DNA of 64,000 nt from an uncultured Acidobacteriota bacterium (GTDB lineage: Bacteria > Acidobacteriota > UBA6911), in assembly GCA_963827655.1 (NCBI GenBank), contig CAWHCF010000022.1:64001-128000 (forward strand), in the 5' to 3' direction. Every line of letters starts with the position of its first letter. Positions within the stretch are counted from its first letter, which is position 1. This document shows positions 55,795 to 64,000 of the stretch, one piece after another. The notes under the pieces were generated by a model, which was given only the letters and a program-made list of their open reading frames with translations, did no database searches and was not told the DNA's origin. A program made the translations under genes and the position numbers.

Positions 55795-58515
55795 ATGCGC
55801 TGCGCCACGTGCCATTCCGAAATCCCCGACATGCACCGCTTCTGCGGCTCGTGCGGCGCCCCGGCGCCCGCGCGGTCTGAGACGGCGACGGTAAGCGCTG
55901 CGTCGGACTCCTTGCCCGCCCCTGCTGCTGGTCCGCCCGTGGTCCGAATCGTTTCGAGCGATTCGATGGCGGCGGGCGGGTTCACACCCGGGACGATTCT
56001 CGCCGGACGGTATCGCGTCATCGGACTGCTCGGCCGGGGCGGCATGGGTGAGGTTTACCGCGCCGATGACCTCAAGCTCGGCCAGCCGGTCGCCCTCAAG
56101 TTCCTGCCCCGCGCGCTCGCCGTTGACACCGTACAGCGAGAGCGGTTCCTGGCCGAGGTCCGCATCGCGCGCCAGGTCGCGCACCCGAATGTCTGCCGCG
56201 TTTACGATATCGCCGAGCTCGATGGCCAGCAGTTCCTCTCGATGGAGTACATCGACGGCGAGGACCTCGCTTCGCTGCTCAAGCGGATCGGCCGCCTGCC
56301 CCCGGACAAGGCGCTCGACATCGCACGGCAGATCTGCGCCGGCCTTGCCGCCGCCCACGACCGCGGCGTCCTCCATCGCGACCTCAAGCCGGCCAATGTA
56401 ATGCTCGACGGCCGCGGGCGCGTGCGCATCACAGATTTCGGACTCGCAGTCGCGGCCGACGCCAGCGGGCTTGAAGCGGACGTATCCGGGACGCCGGCCT
56501 ACATGGCGCCCGAGCAGTTCGCCGGCAAAGGCGCGTCGGTTCGCAGCGACATCTACGGGCTCGGCCTCGTGCTCTACGAGCTCTACACGGGCAAGCGCGC
56601 TTTCACCGCCGCGTCACTGCACGAACTCCGGGCGCGCAAAGAGCGAGGAGATGCCGCCGCCCCCGTCCGAGTTCATCAAGGACATCGACCCCGTGGTCGA
56701 GCGCGTTATCCTGCGCGCGATCGCGCGCGACCCGCGGGCACGCCAGGCCTCGGCGGCGCAGGTCGCGGCGGCGCTTCCGGGCGGGAACCCGCTTGAGGCG
56801 GCACTGCGCTCGGGTGAGACGCCGTCACCCGAGATGGTGGCCGCGTCCGGCAGCAGCGAGGGGCTCCATGCCGCCGATTGCCTGGGCGCTCCTGGCGCTG
56901 GTGATACGTCGGAACTATCGCGGCAGTCAGTCTGGGATCGAATGCGCTGCTCTGGCGCCGCGCCGCCCTTGAGAGGTCGCCCGACGCTCTCGCCGAGAAA
57001 GCTCGTGAGATCGGCGTCCGGCTCGGCTACGCTGAACCGCCTGGTCGACCGCGCCTCGGGATTCGAGGCGGATCTCGATTACCTGCGGTACCTCCGGACG
57101 CAGGACCGCTCGCGGTCCCGCTGGGATCGTCACGATCCGAGCTTCCTTCGTTTCTGGTATCGAGAGAGCCCGCAGCCGCTCGAGAGCTGGCGCTACGTGT
57201 TCCGCTACGGCAATCTCTCGCGGGTCGACCCTGTCGACCCTCCACTTGACCTGGCCGGCATGACGCTCATCCGGCTCGACCCCAGCGGCCGGCTAGTCCA
57301 GCTCGTCGTCGTCCCGACCTCCACCGGAGAGGCAGCCTCCAGTCGCGAATCCTGATTGGCCCGCGCTTCTCCAAGCCGGTGGCTTCGATCCCTCGGTCTG
57401 GAAGCCGGTCGAGCCGCGCTCGACGCCCCCCTTCTACGCAGACGCGCGCGCGGCGTGGGAGGGGACGTGGCCGAGCCGGCCCGACCTCAAGGTCCGGCTG
57501 GAGGCAGGAGGCTTTCGCGGCAAACCCGTCTACTTCGAAGCTGTGCTCCCGTGGACCCGATCCGTGCGGACGGAATCGAACCTGCTCACGGGCGCCGAAC
57601 GCACGTCTCTGGTGCTGATCTTCTTCGTGCTCGCCGCGATGATCGCGGCGGCTGCGATCTTCGCGCGGCGCAACCTGCGGGCGGGGCGAGGTGATCGACA
57701 GGGTGCGTTCCGGCTGTCGGCCTTCGTGTTCGCGGCGATGTTCGTTGCCTGGTTTTTCGGTGAAAGCCACGTCGCCACGCTGTGGGAAGTCGTGCTCGTC
57801 ACGATGGCGCTGAGCTGGGCACTACTCACGGCCGGCTTCTGCTGGCTGGCTTACGTGGCGGTCGAACCGTTCGTACGCCGCCGCTGGCCGGAGGTCCTGG
57901 TCTCGTGGGCCCGCCTGCTGGGGGGTGAATTCCGCGACCCGCTGGTCGGCCGCGACCTGCTGATCGGGTGCGTCGGTGGAATCGCCCTCGCCCTGATAGG
58001 CTTCGCAGGCATACTTCTCCCCGGAGTGGCTCGGGTTGGCGCCGGAGCTGATACCTGCGGATCTCATCGGCGTCGCCTACGGTCTCCAGCGGGTAGTTCC
58101 GCTGCTGGTTTGGCGCCTCGGTCAGAGCGTCATCGTCTCCCTCGCAACCCTGTTTCTGCTGTTTCTGGTGCGGCTGGCGCTTGGGTCCCGGTGGCGCGCG
58201 ATCGCCGCATGTGTGCTCCTCAGCTCCGTCCCCGGAGCGCTGGCGCAGGAGCATTTCTGGATTTCGCTCCTCCACTCGGCGGCTATGACCGGAGTTTTCT
58301 TCCTGCTGCTCGTACGGGTCGGGCTCGTGGCATCCGTGGCCGCCTTCTATACGTGGGGCCTGTTCGTTCTGTTCCCGGTGACGATGCAGCTGTCGGCCTG
58401 GTACGCAGGCAGCGGTGTGGCCGCGCTCATCGTCCTCGCCGCGCTTGCCTTGTTCGGTTTCTCCACGTCGCTCGGCGGCCGGCCTGCGCTGGGCGACGTC
58501 GAGCTTCACCAGTGA
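55795..58515 (+). CDS. Hanks-type Ser/Thr kinase with N-terminal zinc ribbon and polytopic membrane C-terminus; several apparent frameshifts
   Basis: CxxC..CxxC; LGRGGMGEV; ALK; HRDLKPAN; DFG; YMAPE; hydrophobic ORFs 57543- and 58036-58515. Confidence 0.85.
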
Positions 58516-58682
58516 CATTCAGCCAACGCTGCCGAACACTGCTTCGAGCAGGCCCCGATCGTCTTGTCGAATTTGGACACGTCTCCAGCGAGAGTTAATA
58601 AAATTAGAGTTTCTCAACTTCTTAAAATATAATATCAAGTAGCGATCTCCGATCAAAACTTCGACAAGGAAGGAAAGACGAG

Positions 58683-58967
58683 ATGGCACTGGTGAAGGTC
58701 AAGCGCTTTGCGCAAGTAACCTTGCCCCCGGACCTACGAAAGCGCTTCAACCTGACTGAAGGCGATTACCTGGAGGCCGAGGCCGTGAAGGAAGGCATTC
58801 TCCTCAAGCCTGTGACCGTGATCGAGCGAGCAAGAGCCTGGGACAAGGTATTTGGTGCGATGAAGAGCGTCAAAGACCGAAAGCCAAACCCTAAGCAGGG
58901 CCCCAAGGAACAAGAGGAGGAGATCGCTTCCTGGGTCAAGGACTTCAGAAAAAAGCGGCATGCCTGA
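58683..58967 (+). CDS. AbrB/MazE/SpoVT-family antitoxin
   Basis: QVTLPPDLRKRFNLTEGD...GILLKP; TATAAT at 58628-58633; overlaps the PIN gene. Confidence 0.88.
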   Translation: MALVKVKRFAQVTLPPDLRKRFNLTEGDYLEAEAVKEGILLKPVTVIERARAWDKVFGAMKSVKDRKPNPKQGPKEQEEEIASWVKDFRKKRHA

Positions 58968-59397
58968 ACCTCTCCGCGTGGTGCTTGATTCCACGGTACT
59001 GGTAAGCGCATTTCTTGCGGAGAAGAAACTCTCCGCCGAGCTCCTCCGCTTCGCTCGCCAAGGAGCTTTCATCGTGTGTTCAACCAATTCCATCCTGGTC
59101 GAAACCCAGCGCGTGCTTCTGGAATATCCTCGCATCCGTCGCCGCTACGAATACAAAGACCAAAAGGTGTTTGACTTTGTCCAGGGGTTACACGTTCTCG
59201 CCCGGCTCAGCATCGACCTTCCGGCGATCAAGGTAGTAAGAGATCCTGAAGATGACGTGGTGATTGCCACCGCGCTGGCTTCTCAAGCAAGCCACGTGGT
59301 TACGAGAGACAAAGATCTTCTTTCACTGAGAACGCATGAAGGAATCACGATTACGACCCCCGAAGATTTCATGGCCCTGCTCCGCAAGCGTTCTTAG
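58960..59397 (+). CDS. PIN-family putative toxin (PIN_3 type)
   Basis: RVVLDSTVLVSA; RDPEDDVVIATA; VTRDKDLL; TPEDF. Confidence 0.88.
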   Translation: MPEPLRVVLDSTVLVSAFLAEKKLSAELLRFARQGAFIVCSTNSILVETQRVLLEYPRIRRRYEYKDQKVFDFVQGLHVLARLSIDLPAIKVVRDPEDDVVIATALASQASHVVTRDKDLLSLRTHEGITITTPEDFMALLRKRS

Positions 59398-59481
59398 AGC
59401 GCCCGCTCCACTCGAATGTCCGTGTCATGTTTCGTCACTTCCGCGTCAAACGCGAGCCCGGATGTTCTTGGCCAAAAGCCT

Positions 59482-60216
59482 CTATCCTCTGCCCAGATAA
59501 GCCTGCTGAACCGGCAGGACGATGGCTTCAAGCATGTTGATGTGGGGCGGGAGAACCGCCATGAGTACGGCTACCTGCGCGAGCTCGTCCGGCTCCATCA
59601 TCGGTTCTCGATCCTCCGGCCGGCTTCCAAGAGCGCGCCATTCATTGACCACGTTTCCGGGGTGAAGACAACTGGCGATGATGCCATGCTCCCGTCCCTC
59701 CAGCGCCGTCACCTGGGTGAGTCCCCACAATCCGTGCTTGGTTGCCGCATAGGCCGCGGCGCGAGGCCGCACGCGCTGCGCGGAAATACTTGCGATATTG
59801 ATGATGCGGCCGCCGCCCTGCTTCTTCATGATCCGGAAGGCCGCGCGAGAGCAGAGGAAGGGACCGCGCAGGTTTACCGCCACGACTCGGTCCCATTTTT
59901 CCGCGCTGAGTTCGTCGATCGGTCCGCCGTCAAACGCGCCCGCGTTGTTTACCAGCACATCCAGACGGCCAAAGCGTTCCATGGTCTGCTCAAACAGCCT
60001 CTCGACCTGCGCCTCATCCGAAACATCACTCGGGAATCCGGCCGCCGCGGGAGAACCCAAGTTGCCGACCTGCCGAACGGTTTGCTCCAATCGGACAGGA
60101 TCGCGCGCTGCCAGCGCCAGGCTCGCCCCTTCACTCGCGAAAGCGCGCGCGATCGCCGCCCCGATGCCTCGATTTCCGCCTGTGATCAATGCCGTCTTCC
60201 CATCGAGTTTGCCCAA
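59482..60216 (-). CDS. Short-chain dehydrogenase/reductase
   Basis: TTG start after GGAGG; TGGNRGIG; NNAG; YAATK. Confidence 0.92.
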   Translation of the reverse strand: MGKLDGKTALITGGNRGIGAAIARAFASEGASLALAARDPVRLEQTVRQVGNLGSPAAAGFPSDVSDEAQVERLFEQTMERFGRLDVLVNNAGAFDGGPIDELSAEKWDRVVAVNLRGPFLCSRAAFRIMKKQGGGRIINIASISAQRVRPRAAAYAATKHGLWGLTQVTALEGREHGIIASCLHPGNVVNEWRALGSRPEDREPMMEPDELAQVAVLMAVLPPHINMLEAIVLPVQQAYLGRG

Positions 60217-60251
60217 AGTAGTCCTCCCCGGTGTACTTTCTTGTTTTTTCG

Positions 60252-60331
60252 GGTCTTCGAGTCTTAGTGGTTGGTTTTGTTCTGCCGCACTAACCACGAA
60301 GGCACGAACGACCGAACGAAGGCACGTAAGG
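60252..60331. repeat. Nonamer-family inverted-pair element
   Basis: gtcttcgagtcttagtggtt facing aaccacgaaggcacgaac...gaaggcacg. Confidence 0.65.
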
Positions 60332-60379
60332 CGTTTCACCAGCGCCTAGAAACGACATTTTAACGGGACGGCTGCTCGC

Positions 60380-60443
60380 AAAATGTTTTCAAAAAAAATT
60401 TTTCTAAAAAATCGTTGACAACATTTTTGAGCTCTGGCAAAGT
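60380..60443 (+). promoter_or_regulatory. Sigma70-like promoter with A/T-tract UP element
   Basis: A/T tracts 60380-60412; TTGACA 60415-60420; N17; CAAAGT 60438-60443 preceded by TG. Confidence 0.6.
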
Positions 60444-60450
60444 GACGCCC

Positions 60451-60683
60451 GGTCGTTGCAGTTTGCGTGACCTTGAACACCGGTAGATGATCGACGGATG
60501 GGCTTAACAGGTTTGTTCGTCGGGCTAGGAAGCCGGAGCCAGTTGGCGGAAACCAATTCCCAACTGGTGTCGTCGAGAGAGAGACTTGACGACTGGTAGC
60601 GCCTTCCGGCTGACGTTCGATCCCGGGCAACGGGAGAGAACATTCCAAAAGGATCGGGTCAAGGGAACGGAGCCGCAACGGCC
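60451..60683 (+). ncRNA. Candidate structured non-coding RNA (about 233 nt), family not recognised
   Basis: 5' and 3' ends pair; five internal helices; G-U pairs favour the + strand; promoter directly upstream, T-rich run directly downstream. Confidence 0.6.
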
Positions 60684-60827
60684 ATTTTATTTTGTCCCGC
60701 TGACCGAAACAATCCACCGCCAAGACTCGAAGTCGCCGAGAACCCATAGGACCACCAAGATCTATTTGGGTCTCGTTTCTACGGGTGCTAGAATCATGGC
60801 GTCTACATCATTTTCACGGAGGCCCGG

Positions 60828-61193
60828 ATGAAAAAGGTGATGGTCTATTCAGTCGTACTGGCATGCACTCTGGCCGCTTCGATCGCGCTGGGCGCCAACG
60901 GCAATATCGATAAACGCGAGTATGTCTGCATGATGCAGGACATGGTTTTGACCAAGCCGGGAATTGCCATTGAGTACGAGGGAAAAACCTACTACGGCTG
61001 CTGCGACATGTGTAAAGACAAGATCAAGAACCAGCCGCAGAAATACACGCGAGCTACCGACGCTGTATCCGGCAAGCAGGTCGACAAAGCCACCGCGTTC
61101 ATCTATGGGCTCGACGGGGACGCCTACTACTTCACCTCCGAGGCAAACCGAAAAGCCTTCGCCGAAAATCCGCAGAAGTTTCTCAAGAAGTAA
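60828..61193 (+). CDS. Secreted tandem YHS/TRASH-domain protein
   Basis: GGAGG; signal; VCMM..YEGKTYYGCCDMC; DAVSG..YYFTSE. Confidence 0.8.
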   Translation: MKKVMVYSVVLACTLAASIALGANGNIDKREYVCMMQDMVLTKPGIAIEYEGKTYYGCCDMCKDKIKNQPQKYTRATDAVSGKQVDKATAFIYGLDGDAYYFTSEANRKAFAENPQKFLKK

Positions 61194-61295
61194 GCTGAAT
61201 AACACTAGATGGCATTTCCCATCTTTTCTTTGGCTTCGGGTCTTCGCCTTTTCTGGCTCAGCCATAGACGCGGATCGAGGACCTGAACGCGAACC

Positions 61296-63755
61296 ATGTC
61301 CGCTTTTGCGCGCCTCTACGAAAAACTCATTCTCCGGCACCCGCTTCTCGTCGTCCTTGCCTTTGGCGCCGGGCTGATCTTCTTCGGCTACAACCTCAAG
61401 AATTTCCGCATGGACGCGTCGAGTGACTCACTGATCCTCGAAAACGACGCCGATCTGAAATATTACGAAGCGACCCGGGAAATCTTCGGCTCCGACGACT
61501 ACATTGTCCTCGCAGTCACGCTTCGCGAGCATCTGCTTTCCGACAACGTGCTTCGCACTCTGGAAAGCCTTTCTCGGGAGCTGGAACGGGTCTCGAATAT
61601 CGAATCGGTCAACAGCGTTCTCACCGTCCCGCTCTTCCATAGCCCGAAGGTTTCACTCTATGAAATGGGGACTCAGCACAAGACCTTGCTGATGGAGGGG
61701 TGCGACCGCCAGCTGGCCTACCAGGAGCTCACCACGAGTCCTCTGTGGCGCAATAACCTTATTTCCGAGGATGGCAAGACCACAGCCATTGTTCTCACCT
61801 TCAAGCCCAATGCGGAGTTCAACGCGCTCCGAGACGAACGTTACCGTCTCCGCCGCCAGCAGGCTTCGGGAAGTTTGACGGCCGATGAAGAAAGGCGGAT
61901 GAGAACGGTCAACCGGGCCTACAACGAAAAGCATGCCGAACTCTCGGCGCAACGGCGCGCCGATGTGCGGGAAATCAGGACGATCCTGGCCAAGTACCGC
62001 GGGCAAGCCTACGACTTTGTCGAGTCCGGCCTGCCGATGATCATCGCCGACATGGTCAGCTACATCGAACGAGACATCATTGTTTTCGGGATTGCGGTCC
62101 TGGCATTTCTCACTGCGGTTCTGGGCATCCTCTTTCGACAGGTCAAATGGATCCTGCTTCCGATCGTAACCTGCTTGATCTCCGCCATCTTCACGATGGG
62201 TTATCTGGGGTTGACCGGCTGGGAAACGACGGTGGTCTCCGCCAATTTTTCTTCGATGCTGCTCATCGTGGGGATGCAGAACGCCATCTACCTGATCGTG
62301 CGCTTCAGGGAGATTCATGCGCGCTTTCCCGAGCGCGACAAGAAGGACATCCTGTTTCAGACCGTGCGGGAAATCAGCGTTCCGTGCTTTTATGCTACCG
62401 CGACCGCCGTGGCAGGTTTTGCGACCCTCATCATCAGCGGCATCCGGCCCGTCATCGATTTCGGTCTCCTTATGGCGGCAGGTCTCTCGCTCGCCTATGT
62501 CGTGAACTTTACCTTCTTTCCGGCTGCGCTCCTCCTCTTCCCCAAGGGACCGCCACCTCCAAAGCATCTCGCTACGCTGGAGAAATCACCGGTCGCATTT
62601 CTGGCGGCATTCAGCCGCCGGCACCAAATCCCGATCGCAATGGCAAGCCTCGGGCTTCTCGGCGTATCAATCGCAGGTATGACGAAGCTTCAGGTGGAAA
62701 ACCGCTTCATTGATTATTTCCGGAAAAGCACGCCCATTTCCCGTGGCTTGAGCGTGATTGATGAACGCCTCGGGGGCACGACATCGCTGGAGATCGTCCT
62801 CGACGGCAAGAAGAAGGATTACTGGCTGGAGCCGCAGAATCTGGAGATCCTGCGCAAAATCCACAAACACACCGAGCAGCTGCCGAACGTCGGCAAGGTA
62901 TCGTCACTCGACACGCTGATCGAGATTCTGACCAAAGTCAACGACGGCGTTCCGCCCAACAAGTTCATCCTCAATCTGGCGCGCGCGACCCTCGCGCCCA
63001 GGATGCAGCAGGCCTATCTTCTCCCCTATGTGACCAGCGACTTTTCGCAAGCGCGCATCTTCATCCGGATTCGCGAGTCGAGCCCCACGCTGAGCCGTGA
63101 TGCCATGCTGGGAGACCTCGCAAATTTTCTGAGGAAGGAAACCAGGTTTACCGAGGATGAGGCCCGGGTCACCGGGCTCTTTGTCTTATACAACAACTTG
63201 CTGAACAGTCTTTTCGACTCGCAGATAAAGACGCTGGGCGTGGTCTTCGTGGTGATTTACTTGATGCTGGTTGCGCTCTTCCGCTCTTTTTATCTCTCCT
63301 TTATTTCGATGTTACCGACAACCCTTCCGATCCTGATTATCCTGGGAACCATGGGGGCGCTTCATATCTCGCTCGATATGATGACGATCATGATCGCTTC
63401 CGTGACCATGGGAATCGCCGTCGACAACATGATCCAATACACATTCCGTCACCGGGATGAGTTCCGTCTTCATGGAGATTACACCGTCGCCACGGACAGG
63501 ACGCACAACAGTATCGGCCGGGCGATTCTCTATTCCAATCTCACCATCATCGCCGGGTTCAGCATCCTGGCGTTATCGAATTTCATCCCGACCATCTACT
63601 TTGGAATCTTTACCAGCCTGGCCATGAGCGCCGGGTTGCTGGGTTCCCTCACTCTCCTTCCGATGTTGCTGAGTCTGCTCAAACCGTATCGACGCCGCGT
63701 CGTCGACCCACTCGCAGAGGCTGATCGTCAATCGTCAACCGCCAATCGCCAATAG
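61296..63755 (+). CDS. MMPL/RND-superfamily transporter
   Basis: Two repeated halves, each a periplasmic loop plus 5-6 TMs; FGSDD; GIAVDNMI; GRAI..S. Confidence 0.88.
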   Translation: MSAFARLYEKLILRHPLLVVLAFGAGLIFFGYNLKNFRMDASSDSLILENDADLKYYEATREIFGSDDYIVLAVTLREHLLSDNVLRTLESLSRELERVSNIESVNSVLTVPLFHSPKVSLYEMGTQHKTLLMEGCDRQLAYQELTTSPLWRNNLISEDGKTTAIVLTFKPNAEFNALRDERYRLRRQQASGSLTADEERRMRTVNRAYNEKHAELSAQRRADVREIRTILAKYRGQAYDFVESGLPMIIADMVSYIERDIIVFGIAVLAFLTAVLGILFRQVKWILLPIVTCLISAIFTMGYLGLTGWETTVVSANFSSMLLIVGMQNAIYLIVRFREIHARFPERDKKDILFQTVREISVPCFYATATAVAGFATLIISGIRPVIDFGLLMAAGLSLAYVVNFTFFPAALLLFPKGPPPPKHLATLEKSPVAFLAAFSRRHQIPIAMASLGLLGVSIAGMTKLQVENRFIDYFRKSTPISRGLSVIDERLGGTTSLEIVLDGKKKDYWLEPQNLEILRKIHKHTEQLPNVGKVSSLDTLIEILTKVNDGVPPNKFILNLARATLAPRMQQAYLLPYVTSDFSQARIFIRIRESSPTLSRDAMLGDLANFLRKETRFTEDEARVTGLFVLYNNLLNSLFDSQIKTLGVVFVVIYLMLVALFRSFYLSFISMLPTTLPILIILGTMGALHISLDMMTIMIASVTMGIAVDNMIQYTFRHRDEFRLHGDYTVATDRTHNSIGRAILYSNLTIIAGFSILALSNFIPTIYFGIFTSLAMSAGLLGSLTLLPMLLSLLKPYRRRVVDPLAEADRQSSTANRQ

Positions 63756-63853
63756 GTCGGTCGTTTCCCGCTTTGACTTCAGGTTCCCTGACTCGTCTGT
63801 TTCCAGCGCTGCGCGGTATCACTGTCAATTGGTCGACCCCACTCGCGGAGCCA

Positions 63854-63916
63854 AATCGTCAATCGTCAATCGTCAATCGCCCATCGTCAATCGTCAATCG
63901 TCAATCGTCAATCGTC
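63854..63916 (+). repeat. Heptamer tandem array (AATCGTC) x9
   Basis: Seven exact and two variant units; shorter array at about 63723-63755. Confidence 0.92.
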
Positions 63917-64000
63917 TCACTTCCCCGCTTTGACGGGTTCCTTCGTGATGTTGAAAGTCCCTTCGCCGATTTTCTCCCCTTTGGCCATCATGGAAAAAGT
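63917..64000 (-). CDS. C-terminus of a gene extending beyond the window
   Basis: Open frame ...SMMAKGEKIGEGTFNITKEPVKAGK-TGA ending at the heptamer array. Confidence 0.55.
   Translation of the reverse strand, partial: TFSMMAKGEKIGEGTFNITKEPVKAGK

Noticed and set aside
58516-59481. AbrB-PIN pair as part of a mobile element
   Set aside because: No flanking repeats, integrase or transposase seen; ordinary TA insertion
63854-63916. Tandem arrays as CRISPR
   Set aside because: 7-bp units with no spacers; no cas genes in the window

Overview
GC-rich bacterial chromosomal window; the gene content (two Oar-type TonB-dependent receptors, two DUF1501/DUF1549-DUF1553 planctomycete-cytochrome clusters, Tat-exported sugar enzymes, sulfatases, OmpA-PKD) suggests Acidobacteriota (inference). 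Many genes carry single-base frameshifts that look like assembly errors. It also holds a treS-maltokinase fusion, two PIN toxin-antitoxin pairs, a Ser/Thr kinase, an MMPL transporter and an expanded kdp potassium locus (porin, extra micro-peptide, kdpFABC, a His-less kinase, split kdpD, kdpE, and an 11-bp-periodic operator). Most notable: (1) a candidate stand-alone ~233-nt structured ncRNA at 60451-60683 with its own sigma70-like promoter; (2) a surface protein with an integrin-beta-like hybrid/vWA head plus IPT/TIG stalk, in an operon with an OmpA-Ig protein; (3) a pseudo-histidine kinase in the kdp operon; (4) four intergenic repeat families, two heptamer arrays sitting in short duplications of the flanking gene ends, and a 26-bp exact duplication bracketing a vapBC islet. 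No rRNA, tRNA, CRISPR array, transposase or integrase was recognised. Family assignments are from motif recognition, not database searches.
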